DNA of 63,887 nt, filler included, from Conidiobolus incongruus B7586 (GCA_000697335.1; 19 parts of 19 records of this genome joined end to end with filler, not necessarily neighbours in it); one strand, 5' to 3'; positions 1-13,808 are shown, numbered from the whole stretch's first letter. The notes: generated by a model from the sequence alone, not told the origin. A program made the numbers and translations.

Positions 1-45
1 ATTATTCAATTATTAAGAATATTTTGATAACATTTTTGAATTATA

Positions 46-1370
46 TTAGTATTGAAATTAAATAATAATATAATTTCAAAATTAAAATCAAATCTAATGA
101 TAAATAATATATTAAATCTAATAAACAATATAAAATTAATGTTTTTTTATTATTTACAACCTTTTTTCTATATTTTTAATTATCTTCTAATATTTAAAAA
201 ATAGATTTTTTATTTAAAAATTAAAATATAATATTTTTTTAATTAATTTAATTTGTTTGTAGGAATTTTTTCCTGATAGGCTAATTTTTTAATTATTTAA
301 AACAATTATCGTTATATAGGCTATGATTAAGTGAATATATTAATTATATTAGTTCTTTCTAATTTTTTTATATAAAAAATGTTTTATAGCTTTAGCTTTA
401 TATATTTCATAATAATTATCTAAAATAATTGGTATTTTTAATTTAAACTGAAAAAATCAAATAAAAGTTGGTTTATTTGAAAAATTAATAGAAAATTTAT
501 TATTAATTGATTTTTTTAAAGGTATTAAATAAAAAAACTATATATTATTATAGTTTATTATAATAATTAACATTTGTTTATATTTGATATATTTATTTAT
601 TAGAATTTATAAATATAATTAACTTAGCTCAACTTAATATTTTGTTTTATTTTTGGGTAAAGGATTATATAATAGATAATATAAAAAAATCTAAAATATA
701 TTAATTATCAATATTTATTGTAAAAAACTTTGATTTTAACTATACTTTAATATTTTTAATCTAAATATAGCAATTTTAATTTTTTTATTAGTTTTTATTA
801 AATTATAAAATATCTGTTTTATATTTTTATTATTTTTATATAAATTTAATCTTAATTATATACAATATACTTATATAGTTAAAATTAAATTACTTTGATA
901 ATTCTCTAGCTAAAATAAAAAGGCGTTTGTTAATATATTTTCTTATTTTATTAATAAATAAAAAAATAACAATAGAAATTAAAATTTTAAATTTTGGTAA
1001 ATTTTGAATAATGTTTTTTCTAGCTTAAAAACCACAAATCAAGTAATATATGGTAGTTTTGAATAAAGCATTATCTTTATATGTTATTTACAAGTTTTAG
1101 ATGATTTTAATAAGTTTATAATTAAGTGTTAAAGGTATAAAAATAAAAGCTTATTAATAATTATTATTTAGTTTAAATCTGATTAAATCTACTATAAATT
1201 TCAAAATCAAAAATATTCTTAAAAAAATCATTATAATTGAATATATATATATATAGTTTGAAAATATTTATTTTCCTATATATTATATATATAAATAATC
1301 TTTCAAAACTTATAATATATTTGAAAACTCAAAAATTAAAAAATTTATAATTTTTGAATTTCCATACTAT
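46..1370 (-). mobile_element. Mariner-like (DD34D) DNA transposon, full length, heavily mutated; subfamily B2 (TTAGTATGG-type TIR)
   Basis: Reverse complement is colinear with the 35442-36753 copy. Ends are TA|TTAGTATTGAAATT and AATTTCCATACTAT|TA. A degenerate transposase remnant lies on the minus strand. Confidence 0.8.
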
Positions 1371-1560
1371 TATTATTTTATATGTAAATCTTTTTAATTT
1401 TTTGTTTTTTGACATAACTAAATATAATCAACTTGATATTTCAGTTGATTATAATAATAAATTGTTGATTGATTGCGAGATAGCCATATCAAATCCTGGA
1501 ACCAAAATAACAGTCATAAATAATGAGTCTAACTAAAACTCCTTGCTAAGCAATTAAATC

Positions 1561-2530
1561 AACAATGTTGATTGTGGTTATTGGCTCTTTCTTAATACAT
1601 TTTGAGGTGTTGGACTTCATGCATACTTAAGGGTATTGATAAGATTTTATACTACTAACAAATTTGCAGGAAAGATAAGTACTTTTACTAAGTGTTTATT
1701 AGAACGCTGATCAATTGCCTTCTATATTGGATGGGTGTGTATTCGAGTCTTTTGATGAATACCATTGGCTATAGAACTTCCTTTACTATTGACGCTTTTT
1801 TTAACTTACGCAACTATTATTTTTTCAACTGATATGCGGCATTTATTCTTAGCTCAAGGTTTTCTTGTTGGATTTGGAAGCTTAACTTCATTCTTTCCAA
1901 CTATTAAGGCGCCATCCTTCTGGATAAAAAAGTAGAAAGATCTCTCGATTGTGATCTGTTATGCTGGACCTGGTATCAGTGATCTGGTATGGAGCCTTTT
2001 GATTCAAGTTTTGTTGGACCTAATCTATTGCCGCTGGTTCCTTCGTGTATACTGTCTCATCTCCACTATTTGTATGACTATTGACATATTACTTAGTAAA
2101 ATTTAACCTATCTAATTCTCCGAGTCCAAAGCCCCATTGCTATCGATCTCACTCGCAATCCCAGATCCATGTCTCTCTTTTGGACTGAGTAAGACTCATC
2201 CTTTGCTTGCATGATCCCTTTTTACCTTCTTCATAAACATTGAAAATTCGAGAAATTTACATCTTCTCACTGCATAATTCTTGTCGATTTAATCAATGGA
2301 GGGTCCATTCTAGGTTGTATTTTCTTTGGAAGTTTAGCAGATTACTTCTGGAGAATTAACACAACATCCTTGAGAATTGTCACTGTTGGATTGATATGTC
2401 TTGTATGCTGTCTTTATCAACTATTTTGCCTTTTTACTTGTATCCAATCTCGTTTATGAATTTTGGTCCGATTACGTCATCAGTATCCATTCTGTATTTA
2501 GATTTGATATTTTCAATATGTGCAATACTA
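1561..2530 (+). pseudogene. Pseudogene of an MCT-type MFS transporter, paralog of 9435-10805
   Basis: Aligns by eye to the intact gene, e.g. CATTTATTCTTAGCTCAAGGTTTTCTTGTTGGATTTGGAAG vs CATTTATTCTTAACTCAGGGTTTCCTTGTTGGGTTTGGAAG, and GTATGGAG, CGCTGG, TTTTACCTTCT blocks. Carries many stops, frameshifts and deletions. The 5' part may extend to about 1410. Confidence 0.9.
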
Positions 2531-2979
2531 CACACTACAATAATCATCTTTAACACTATTTTCTCACTTTGAGTTTTATTTGAATTACATTTATTTTTGA
2601 TACTAATAATATTTTTGCACATAAATCTAAATTTTTTATTACCTCCAATAAATTGATGCAAATTCTTTAATATAATTTATCTCAGTATTATTTCAATAAA
2701 ATATTTTATCACTGGTTATTTATTTAACAAATAATATAAAATATCAATAAAAAATTATTGAGATTTTTCAGAATCAAACTTTATATTGCTATATCTATAA
2801 CTGACTGATGCCATTTTATTTAATAAGACATTAGAACTATAATGTGATTTAATTTTGAATTATATATATTTTAATTTATAATAAATAATAATATTACTTT
2901 ATACTATAAATTATAATATTTGTAAAATTGAATTTAAATAAAAATTTAAATAAATAATTCATAAATAAATATATATATA

Positions 2980-3509
2980 AAGTATTATTTTGAAATTATT
3001 TTTAATTAATTTTTATTATATTTTAATTTTTATTTTAAATTATTTAAAGGTAATAAAATAATTATTTTAAATAGTTTTAATAAATTATAATTTTAAAAAA
3101 ACCTTTAAGATTAAATAAAAATAATTAAAGCATATTTTTAATAAAAATTTTCAATTAAACTTATAATTATATTTAAAAAACTTAAAACAAAATCAATGAT
3201 ACTTAATATAAAAAGTTATATGATTCTATACCTTATAAATTTAAAAAAACTAAAAAACAAAAATAGGTATACTAAGTTTTAGAATTTTTATCATAACTAA
3301 AACCAATAAGTTTATGATTAATTTTTAGTTAAACTTTTAGTTTTAATATATTAACTAATAGTTAATTAAATTTAACAAAATATATTCCATTATAAATAAA
3401 AAACATATTTATTATATCATTTAACATAAATTGATTTGTATTAAAATTAATCAAGTTATTAATAAAAACATAAATAGTTTTAATTTTATAACTCATCTTT
3501 ATAGGCTAG
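2980..3509 (+). mobile_element. Tc1-like element, 3' fragment with terminal IR
   Basis: GATTCTATACCTTATAAA...TATACTAAGTTTTA matches the transposase C-terminus of other copies. Ends TTTTATAACTCATCTTTATAGGCTAG followed by (TA)n. Left boundary is approximate. Confidence 0.65.
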
Positions 3510-4989
3510 TATATATATATATATATATATTAATAAAAATATTCAATGACTGAAATATAATATATTAAACTTCTCGTAATTGAATTAATTATCACAAATT
3601 TAATTAAATAAAATACACGGATATATGTAGTATTTATTATATTGACAGAAAATAAGTACAAAATTAAAATTGGTTATTATTCAATATCCGAGGATGTAAT
3701 ATTTTAACAAGTAAAATATCTCATATTCAAAAAATTGATATATTTCAGGTGAATTTTTTGATTAATTATATTCGCCCATTACCATTTGAATTAGCTAATG
3801 ATAAGTTTTGAAATAATTAAATTATTTTTACTAATTATCAAAATTGAAATTATAAAATTTTTAGCATTATATATAGATTAAGTATTAATTTAATATTTTT
3901 TAAGTATAAATTAATATCTATTTATTCATTATTATTTAAACCAAACTTTTAATTCCCAATGAAAATAATAACTAAAATAAAGTATAATACTGGCATAATT
4001 TAATATTTTTTAATATTAATATCAACAATATAAATATATATTTATAATTTTATTCAAACTAATTATTTTAAAAAAGGAAAAAAATTCGAATACTTAATTA
4101 AATTATTTGAAATATCAAATTCAAATATTATTTGAAAAATTATTTGATATCTTGTTTATCAATTTGGATAAATAAATCAACCGAGAAAATATAATTTCCC
4201 TAAATCCATGATAATTGTCATGCAGATTATATTTTTAATTTGAAAATATAATATTATCAAAAACCGATTAAAATTAACAACCTTAGTAAATAAATTTTTT
4301 AAATTGAATTTAAAAAGTAAATTTTATCCATGTGATTTATTTTGTATAAAAATAAATAAATATATAATATAATATAAATATGTATATGGATATTATATCG
4401 AAAATAAATCTTTTTAAAAAACTTATATATTAAATTTTGAAATTGACTCCTATTTCACCATTAATTATAATAAATAAGCTATTATGTATAAACCCCTAAA
4501 GCATTTGGTAAATGTTTTATAAATTTCACTAACAATAGGGAGATCTCCTATTAAGAATCTTGTTCAAATACAAAGTATCTTGAGTTCGTAATTTAGTGTA
4601 ATAATTTAGAATGATATAAAAATTAATTTAAATTTGTTTAAATTGTAAAATACAATCCAATTATATGAATTTAAAAATGAAATAGATTCAGGATAACGTT
4701 GTGAGATGATGAACTTAAGAGAATATTTAACACTAAGAGTTGATCAAATTTATGAGTGAAATTTTACTGGAAAATAATTATAATTTTATATTTTAAAAAT
4801 TTTTGAAAATACTAATTTATGAATTGTTCTAAAAGTTCACCAAATTATTACAATTATTATAATTGAGAAGAATATATAATAATTCCACATTCTGATTTAT
4901 GCGTAATTCTCAAATTCAATTTATTATTAATTATAATTAATAATACATTGGTATTTTGATATCGATTACTTAATATGCGGAACGAAAAT

Positions 4990-5270
4990 AATAATTATCG
5001 GGACTAGGATTAATACTTGAGCAACTATTTCTCACAGTTTAGTTTCATCATATTTACATTTTAGATATTATCTCCAATGAATAGAGATTAATAAATCACT
5101 AGATATGTTATTTTGACTAATGATCATTAAGTGATAGTTAATAATTAAGCTAGCATTCTCTAACCCTAATAATTGTCCGTTTATGAAATATTTAGTACAA
5201 GGATTCCATAATTACCCACCACAGTACATATCATCAACATAAACACCAATAAACAAGACACAGAAATAGA
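4990..5270 (-). mobile_element. Ty1/copia reverse transcriptase relic
   Basis: Minus strand reads LFIGVYVDDMYCGG (YVDDM at 5241-5227), then after a frameshift LLGLE...IISQ and a degenerate PD motif, in copia RT order. Confidence 0.5.
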
Positions 5271-5444
5271 TTAATCCCGATAGTTTTTAAAAATTCTCGA
5301 ACTTTTTTAAATAAATTAAATGTGACACAACTTATGAAAATTTCTAAATTTGTTAAATTTACTAAAATTGTTGAGTTACACTTAATTTTATATTAGAGAA
5401 TATTTGATAAAAATAATCAAAATAATAGTAATTAATTTTTAGGG

Positions 5445-5472
5445 ATAATAATAATAATAATAATAATAATAA
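5445..5472. repeat. (TAA)n microsatellite
   Basis: Direct reading of the sequence. Confidence 0.8.
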
Positions 5473-8400
5473 TCAATTTAAATATGATTTAACAATTTTA
5501 AACAAATAGAATATTAAAAATTAAAATTTTTTTTGATTATTAATCCAAAATGCAACAAGTCACACATATGCAATTGAGTTTATCCATAATAATCATTATT
5601 ATGATCAAAATGATAAGGATAATTAAATACAATGTAACAGTATTATTAGCTATTTATTAATATTATTTATCCCAATATAATTTGATCAATAATTGGGAAT
5701 ATTTGATCTATTTTTAAATAATTTAAGATTAACTTTGAAAGAGTTATATGAAAAAATTATATTGATTTTATTTTAATTAATTATTCATATATTCGTATAA
5801 TTTAGAATTATAATGAAAATTATTCTGATAATACTATGATTATATTTGAATCAATGTATGTGATTAGATAAATTAAAACCCATTAATTATTTGTTTCAAG
5901 GTTATATGTTTATCAAATGAAAATATTAAATATTAATATACAATTATCAATGAAAAGGTACTCTATACTCAGCAATTAAGCTCAGAATTCACCTAATACT
6001 ATTTTAATAATCAGCATTAACGTACTGTGTCACCCTTATGATAATTTATTTTAATATTAAACATTTCAAAACTTACCAAAATTGTCTAATATGTTCGTTA
6101 ATATTCTTATATAATGTAAATTATCTAGGTTTATCATAATTTGAACTTTTAATTAATATTAATTAAATTTTATTTTGATTTAAATATTAAATTAATATAA
6201 ATTAATTATAATTTTGGAGTATTTTAATCATGGGTTAAAATGTTCTGATTTTCCTTTAGGTTCAATATTATTTATAGTATAAAAATTTAAATATTTATAA
6301 TTTTAAATTAGAATTTATATTTATTTAAATAAAATAGAAAATTAAAATTCAATTAGATATATTTATCACTTAATTCAATCATTTATTTAATATTATTGAT
6401 ATTTGATTATTAAGCATTCAATAATCTTATATCAGTATCTAAATAAATAATTTAATTAAAATTAAATTATTTCTATAGCATTAATAGTTTATTTAGATAC
6501 ATTCTGATTAAAACTTTTATATGCGTTATAATTATAATTAAAATACTATTCAAATGTTAGGAAGATGATTACTTGAGATTTTAATTGTCAAACTGTGAAA
6601 ATCATAATTCCAATAAAGTGATGCGTCTTTGTTTGATTAGATCAATTTCGTTGCATTACTTAATTGCTTAATAGTGATTTTACAATTTAAAAATATCTTA
6701 AATAATAATTTGCTTAATTTGTAGATTTAGCATTCAATATCTACTTAACATGAGGAAATAGAAATGAATTTTGTGTATATTATTATTATTATTAAAATAA
6801 TATTTCAATATTATAGGTTAAACTGGGACTAAATAGTAATATATTATCATAACCCATATAATTATGAGTTATATAATACTATCATTTAATTACTTTAATA
6901 ATTGAAATTTGCAATTTTTAAATAATAAACTTATTATATATCTAATTTCTATTAATAGCAAAAGTTATTAAGATTTTCTCAATTTAATATATATTAATTA
7001 TTGTTATTTTATATTATAAATTGAATATTTAAATCAAATAATAAAATTTATATAATAATAAATTAAATTAAAAAAAATATTTTTATTATTTTTATTATTT
7101 TTTTTAAAAATTTATTATATAGAATTTTAATATAGTTTGATCATTTTATATTCTATTATTTAAATTAAATCAAATATATAATATTTTTATTTTATTAAAA
7201 AATAGAAAATAATCTCTATAAAGACTAAATTTGATTATAAATAAACAAGATATATTAATATTTTTTCTGTTTTATAAAATAAATGAATTAAAATTGTTTA
7301 TTTTTATTAAATAAATTTTAAAATTAATTTATGATTAATAATAATAAAATATATTTTAATTTGTTTATTATAAATTAAAAATTTTTTAATTTTTATTTTA
7401 TATTTTAATTAAAATTAATATAATTGTGATTTTTATTTTTTAATATAATTATTAAATTAAGTGAAAATTTTAGAAAATTAAAAAAAGTATAAATAATCCA
7501 TAGATGTTAGGATCCCCAAAAGTTCAATATATATTATCAAGGTATCCTAATGGTGACAAACCAAAAAGTTATAGATTTATCATTTGTTTTGGCGATTCTC
7601 ATCTTAAAGATCTCAAGCATTTATTCTTTATTTGGTATAGTTATCCCTTTCATTTTATTTCTTACAAGTCTTATAATATTTATGTTTCTTCTTTTTTTAG
7701 CTAATATGGTTTTCAATATTATGTAAATTTTTATTTCCACTTCATTGATATATTATGAGTTAAAATTATATCAATTGGACAGTGTAATTTATTTATTCTT
7801 TCAATAAAAAACAAATGTATCATATTTTATAGCATATAAAAAACCAAAATGAGGAGTTATTATTTTACATAATATTATTGTCTAATATCTTAACTTTTTG
7901 CTATATATTGGTACTATATCTTATTTGATATCAATTATAAAATATAATTTTTGGTCATTATTTATTAAAACAATAACTATTATATTATTATTTATTGAAT
8001 TTAATTCTGAAATATTGCTAAATAATTTTTGAAATATAAATAATATATGAGAATTTGAACTTATAGTACTCAAAAATGACTTAGAATCGTTTTATCAAGT
8101 CAATTCAATTTATCAATATTAGCGAGATCTTTTTATATTTAAATTGAATTACTTAAACATAATAATATATATATATATATTCCAATTTTTATCAAGGTGA
8201 GCAAATCTAATGATTGTAAGGTATCAATAAAAATTATTTGATTTTAATTAAAAATAAGTAATTGGAAAATTAGTGTTATATTATTAATTTAATAAATATA
8301 CTTTATAAATAATAAATATTAAGTAGTTTAATTAGTTTATAATAAATAATATATTTTAATTAGTTCAAGTATTATCCCTAATACGCTTTTGAGTGATTAA

Positions 8401-9215
8401 TGATAAATACAGTTTATTAAAGCTGAATGATTCCATCATAGAAGATATTGATTTGATTCTATGATATTATAAGAAGTCAAAATCATAAATATAATATATT
8501 TGATAAAGTAATTAATAAAGATCAATTATTGACATATATTAATCAATAAGTTAAATTAAGTAAAAAAAATTAAAAACAATTTATATTATTTTGTTTATCG
8601 ATTTAATTTTAATTAATAAAAATTTTAATTGACTAAATTTGGGAATTATTAACATTTGAATCAAATTTTAAACTATTTGAATTATTAAATTCAAATAAAT
8701 TTTGTTATTAAATTCATTTTTTTTAAATTTCCACCCAATTTTCTCTTTTTTTTCATTTCAAATAATTATGGCTAATTTGATTAACCGTATTAAGGGGTTT
8801 TCTAATTTCAAACATGGGTAAATTGGGTGTATTGTGAAGGTTTGCCTGACTTTGATCGAATTTTTCCCATTGATTGTTTTGGATTCGCCGTTTAAGTGGT
8901 GTATTATTAATGGTTGAAGGACTGTTTGGAAGATTTGATGATTGTTTTTGGAACTTGAAAACTCGAAGATAAGCCATATTTCATTTGATTTATATCATCA
9001 TTCCATAAATTTCATCGATTGTAAGTTCAAAAATGGTTAATATTCATTTTTTGTACTGCATATAATTTTCGGGATTAGAAAAACTCACTTGAATTTGGTT
9101 GAGCTCAAGTGGATAAAAATAATGGATCAAATTCAATTTTGATCAATTCTGAATTCTCCTTGTATTTGGGTAATATTGAGGTTAATGAAATCATTAGAAT
9201 TTTGAATTTTTCAGG

Positions 9216-9223
9216 TATAAATA
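9216..9223 (+). promoter_or_regulatory. Candidate TATA box of the MFS gene
   Basis: GG-TATAAATA-TAGG about 220 nt upstream of the ATG. Low specificity in AT-rich DNA. Confidence 0.35.
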
Positions 9224-9434
9224 TAGGTGTTGTGGTAGGGTAAAGTATCATTGATTGATTTGTAATTAATACTTTAGATTTCGGTCTTTATCGTGTCTTC
9301 TGGTCTTCACTCTTTGGTTGAGATCAGTACCTCGCATTATTGGTTTTATATACTTGTTATTTTTGGATTTCATTTGGTTATTGTACACTTTTAATTTTTA
9401 TTACACTCATTATAGATCTTTTTAACATTTCAGC

Positions 9435-10805
9435 ATGTCTCAATTGACTGAATCTAATAATAAATTTAACCCCTCAGATATCAATAATCATCAATTAACT
9501 CAAGACATAGAAAAAGGTTCATCAGATACTGATCACACTAAAACTGATGTCAACAATGCTCCCACTAACATTTCTGGGAAGCGTAATTATATGAATGATG
9601 TAGATCGTGGTTACGCTTGGGTAGTTGTTGCTGGTTCCTTTTTAGTCTTCTTTGTAGTACTAGGTTTTATGTATACTTTCGGTGTATTCCTTCAATTTTA
9701 TATTACCAAAGATTTTGCTGGAAGAATGGATACTTTCACAGGCTCTTTCATTGGAACATTGGGTAATTGTATTCTTGCTCTAATGGGAATGGTTTCAGGC
9801 CCTTTAACTGATAAAATTGGATATAAAACTACACTTGCTATTGGTGGTTTTCTAATTTGTCTTGGACAATTATTAGCGTCATTTTCTACTGAAGTCTGGC
9901 ATTTATTCTTAACTCAGGGTTTCCTTGTTGGGTTTGGAAGTTCCTTGGCCTTTTTCCCAGCAGTTAGTGCTCCAGCCTTCTGGTTCAAAGAAATGAAGGG
10001 CCTCGCAATTGGTATTAGTGTTGCTGGATCCGGTATCGGTGGTCTCGTATGGAGTCCCATGATTCAAGCCATGCTTGACTCAATTGGTTTTCGCTGGTGT
10101 CTTCGTGCTTGCTGTTTAATTTCTGCTGTGTGTATGTTTATTGCCTTTCTCCTCATCAAAGTCAAACCCATTCCTGCCTCTGAAGCCAGGAAACCCGTTG
10201 ATTTTGCTCTCATTCGTGATCCTAAGTTCTTATCTCTCTTCTGGACTGGATTAATCTCTTCATTTGGCTTCCTCGTTCCTTTTTACCTTCTCCCTTCATA
10301 TGGTAAAGCAAAGGGCTTGACACCTTCTCAAAGCAGTATCGCAGTCGGTTTGATTAATGGCGGTTCTGCTCTCGGTCGTGTCATTCTTGGTAGTGCAGCT
10401 GATCGCATCGGACGTATCAACATGTCATTCTTAGGTATTTTCATTGCCGGTTTGATTTGTCTCGTATGTTGGCTCTTTGCCAACACTTTTGGTGTTTTAA
10501 TCGTATTTGTTATTATTTACGGCTTTTCATCTGGTGCTTTCATTAGTATTTTCCCCGCACTTACTTCTGACATCTTTTATATGTACAACCTTGCCTCAGT
10601 GAATGGTCTTCTCTACGTCAGTACGGCTATTCCCAACTTGGTCGGTACTCCCATTGCTTCTACCATCCTTAAAAATAGCACTCACGATGGAGTTCCAGAC
10701 TTTTTACCAGTTATCTTGTATGCTGGTATTACTCCCTTGGTTTCTTGCCTTGGTCTCATTTCTCTCAAATGGTTGACCACTAGAAATTTCTTGGCCAAAG
10801 CCTAA
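9435..10805 (+). CDS. MFS transporter, monocarboxylate porter (MCT/Mch, SLC16-like) family, 456 aa, intronless
   Basis: DRGYAWVVVAGSF N-terminal signature, GPLTDKIGYK and GSAADRIGR MFS loop motifs, GLAIGISVAGSGIGG, about 12 hydrophobic segments. Confidence 0.95.
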   Translation: MSQLTESNNKFNPSDINNHQLTQDIEKGSSDTDHTKTDVNNAPTNISGKRNYMNDVDRGYAWVVVAGSFLVFFVVLGFMYTFGVFLQFYITKDFAGRMDTFTGSFIGTLGNCILALMGMVSGPLTDKIGYKTTLAIGGFLICLGQLLASFSTEVWHLFLTQGFLVGFGSSLAFFPAVSAPAFWFKEMKGLAIGISVAGSGIGGLVWSPMIQAMLDSIGFRWCLRACCLISAVCMFIAFLLIKVKPIPASEARKPVDFALIRDPKFLSLFWTGLISSFGFLVPFYLLPSYGKAKGLTPSQSSIAVGLINGGSALGRVILGSAADRIGRINMSFLGIFIAGLICLVCWLFANTFGVLIVFVIIYGFSSGAFISIFPALTSDIFYMYNLASVNGLLYVSTAIPNLVGTPIASTILKNSTHDGVPDFLPVILYAGITPLVSCLGLISLKWLTTRNFLAKA

Positions 10806-12236
10806 TTTCAAAATTTTCTTTAATTATCGTATCATATTCTATCCATTTCAAAAATTAATTCCTAGTAATTATAAATGTAAATTAATTTTAAATAAAATAA
10901 TTATTTAATCAATTACAGTTTATACTTTTGAATATATGTCATGATTTGGTAATTAATCTATTTATGCACTTTGATAAATTTGAAATCAATAAAAATTCTG
11001 ATTGATCAGAGGTCAGTTAAATTGTTAATTTTACCCGAAAAATTGTATAATAATTTACCTGTCCGCTTTGCAAAAATAATTCGATTTGTATAAGTATCAA
11101 ATATTAAATATAAGTACTAAAAATTAATGTTTTTTTTAATTTATCTCACAAACATATTAAAATCAAAAAAAATATTTAAATAAAATTAAAATTTTGAATT
11201 TTACTAGATCTCTGTCAAGACATATTATTTTTTATTTTTTATTTTATATTAAAATTAATTACATAAATTGAATTTAGGTTATTTCTATATATGGAAATGT
11301 TATTTCAAGTTATAAAATTCTAGTTAAAAATTAACCATAATTTGATTAAATTTCGATATTATCCAAATGATAATTTTTTCAGTTGGGTAATGGTGAACAA
11401 AAAATCATAATGTTTCATTAAGGCTTTGATCATTCCAAATAAAAAAGGGATTTTTAATCAATTTTCTAGTTAAGTATATATAAAGCAATTGGAATCAGTC
11501 ATCATAAAACTTTCTCTACATATAATTGGTTATACATTATCAAATATATCTATTCTTATATTTTAACTTATCATTATAATTTTGAATTATATCAATTTTC
11601 AACAGAGGATTTTGAATTATCCCATTTATAGTTTAATGACTATTATAAAATTATAGATCATAGTCCTATTTCCAAATTTAACCTACCGTTTTATAACAAA
11701 ACGTTCCTAGTTATTTTTCCAATTTGATAAATATATCAAAATAAATTAAATATTATTAATTCAAACAGGTTATCTCAGTTGACAATTTCCCGAGAATAAT
11801 TTCGTAATTTAATGCCATAAACACTACTTATTTTCTTAATTTTTTTTAAACAGCGATTATATAATCGTTTTAAGATTATAACATTATACATCAAAATATG
11901 AAATTTCATGCTATTATTTTAAATTTCGTTTTACAATAAATAAATTAAGATAATCAATATTATTAATGTATATTAAATATGTAATTTTTCAATATTTGAA
12001 TTATTAGTTCAAATAATGCATTGTTGTACAATGAAGAAAAGAAATTTTTGGTGTTGAAATTAAATATATAACACTAAAATAACGAGAGAAATTAGAGAAC
12101 ATATTAAGAAGTGTAATTTAAAAAGAATTAAATAAAATATAATAAATTTAAGATTGGCTAGTGTTAAAGCTAAATGAAATATAGAAATTTAAAATTAGTT
12201 AGGTGAATATAATAAGAATTTATTACTCTAAAGCAA

Positions 12237-12308
12237 GCGCCAGTAGTATAATGGTTAGAATACTCGCCTTCCAAGCAAGTGGTCTGGGTTCGATTCCCAG
12301 CTGGCGCA
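12237..12308 (+). tRNA. tRNA-Gly (anticodon TCC), 72 nt, no intron
   Basis: Acceptor stem GCGCCAG/CTGGCGC, D arm GTAT..ATAC, anticodon arm CTCGC-CTTCCAA-GCAAG, T arm CTGGG-TTCGATT-CCCAG, and a T-run terminator about 20 nt downstream. Confidence 0.95.
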
Positions 12309-13140
12309 TTGGTGATATTTCCATCAATATTTTTTCAACTTCTTTTTATTACTTTTTCAAATTCCAAATATATAATTTCATTCCTTATTGTTGTTATAAT
12401 TAAGCCATTTTAATCTGTTTCTTTTTAAAAGCGAGTTATGTATCAATCGCTTCAATATAGAATATAGTTCAGTTCTTTTTGTTAAACCTGGTTTTCATAG
12501 ATTATTCATTTAATTTAAAACTTGTTTTAGTTTTTGTATGACCAACTTGAAATATGATAGCTATATTATAATCAGAAATTCCTATAATATTATTTAATAT
12601 ATACCTTTTTTGTGCCTATTTTATATTCATTAGATATATCTAATTTTTTCATTTATATAAAATATAAATCCAATTAATAAATAACTTTAATTCATTGAAA
12701 CCAATATTTAAAATTTGAAATTTGAAAGAAAAAAATTTTATCAATTAAAATCAATTAATTAACAAATTTTGTAAAAATATTTATTAAAGTCCAATTATTG
12801 ATAAATCCTTAAATATTCAAAATAATTTTACTTATATAATTCTATAAACCATTTATAGTAATTATATATTATTAATTTTTTAATTCAATTAATATTGATC
12901 GTTTATTCAATTTGAGTAATGTCATTTAAATCATCATTACTAATTCTATAAATTTATAATGATCTCAAAACTTTGATTTTAAAAAAATACTATTATAAAA
13001 ATGCTTAAAGGTTGACAATCAGTTAAATAATATAGCTAATCACAATCTAATCAATTGAGTTTTCTAATTTTACATGATTTCAATATAAAATTATCAAGAT
13101 TTTTTTTTTCAAATTTTATTTATATTTAATATTTAAGATA

Positions 13141-13808
13141 TTACTTTGTAATTTAATTAATGGGAATTTTTTGTGATTGAAAAAAATAAACATTTTAATA
13201 TATAATATATAAAATATAAAATATAATATAAAATTAATAATTTCTTTTATCTTTAATATCTTTTTGCTATATTTTTAACAAAGTTCTGATATTTAATAAA
13301 TATTTCTTTTTATTAAAAACTGAAATTTAATATTTTATAAACTAATTAAATTTTTCTATAGAGATTTTTTTCTTATAATCTAGTTATTTAATTGCTTAAA
13401 ACAATTATAATCATATATAGTTATAATCTAAAGAATATACTAGATATGATATTTTTTTCTTATTATTCTTGATTAGAAAAAATTTTATAACTTTAATTTA
13501 TATATTTTACAATTATTATATAAAATAATAAATTTTCTAAAATTATATTAAAGATATTAATTAAAGATAGTTTTATTTATAAAAGTATTATAAAGTTTAT
13601 TAATAATTAATTTTTTTTAAGAATTAAATATAAATACTATATGTTATTATAATCTATAATAATAATTAATATTTATTTATCAAAATAATATTTATTTAAA
13701 ATAATTTATAAAAAAGTTAGTTTAATTTAATATTTTGATTTATATTTTGGTAAAAGATTTTATAAAAAGAATTGAGATTTATTAATTATAATAATTTATT
13801 ATAAAAGC
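13141..13808 (-). mobile_element. Mariner-like element, 3' half (subfamily B1), cut by a gap
   Basis: TA|TTACTTTGTAATTTAATTAATGGGAATTTTTTGTGATTG is the reverse complement of the 3' end of the 16047-17336 copy. Confidence 0.85.

Noticed and set aside
4705..4750. ATGATGA as a C/D snoRNA C box
   Set aside because: No properly placed CTGA D box or terminal stem.
7504..8977. Short ORFs 7504-7704 and 8753-8977 (also 1354-1536, 2434-2661 and 29514-29729)
   Set aside because: No recognisable motifs. They lie in promoter, pseudogene-flanking or microsatellite DNA, though 7500-7900 could be an unidentifiable gene relic.
12203..12403. 66-aa ORF
   Set aside because: Overlaps the tRNA gene; spurious.
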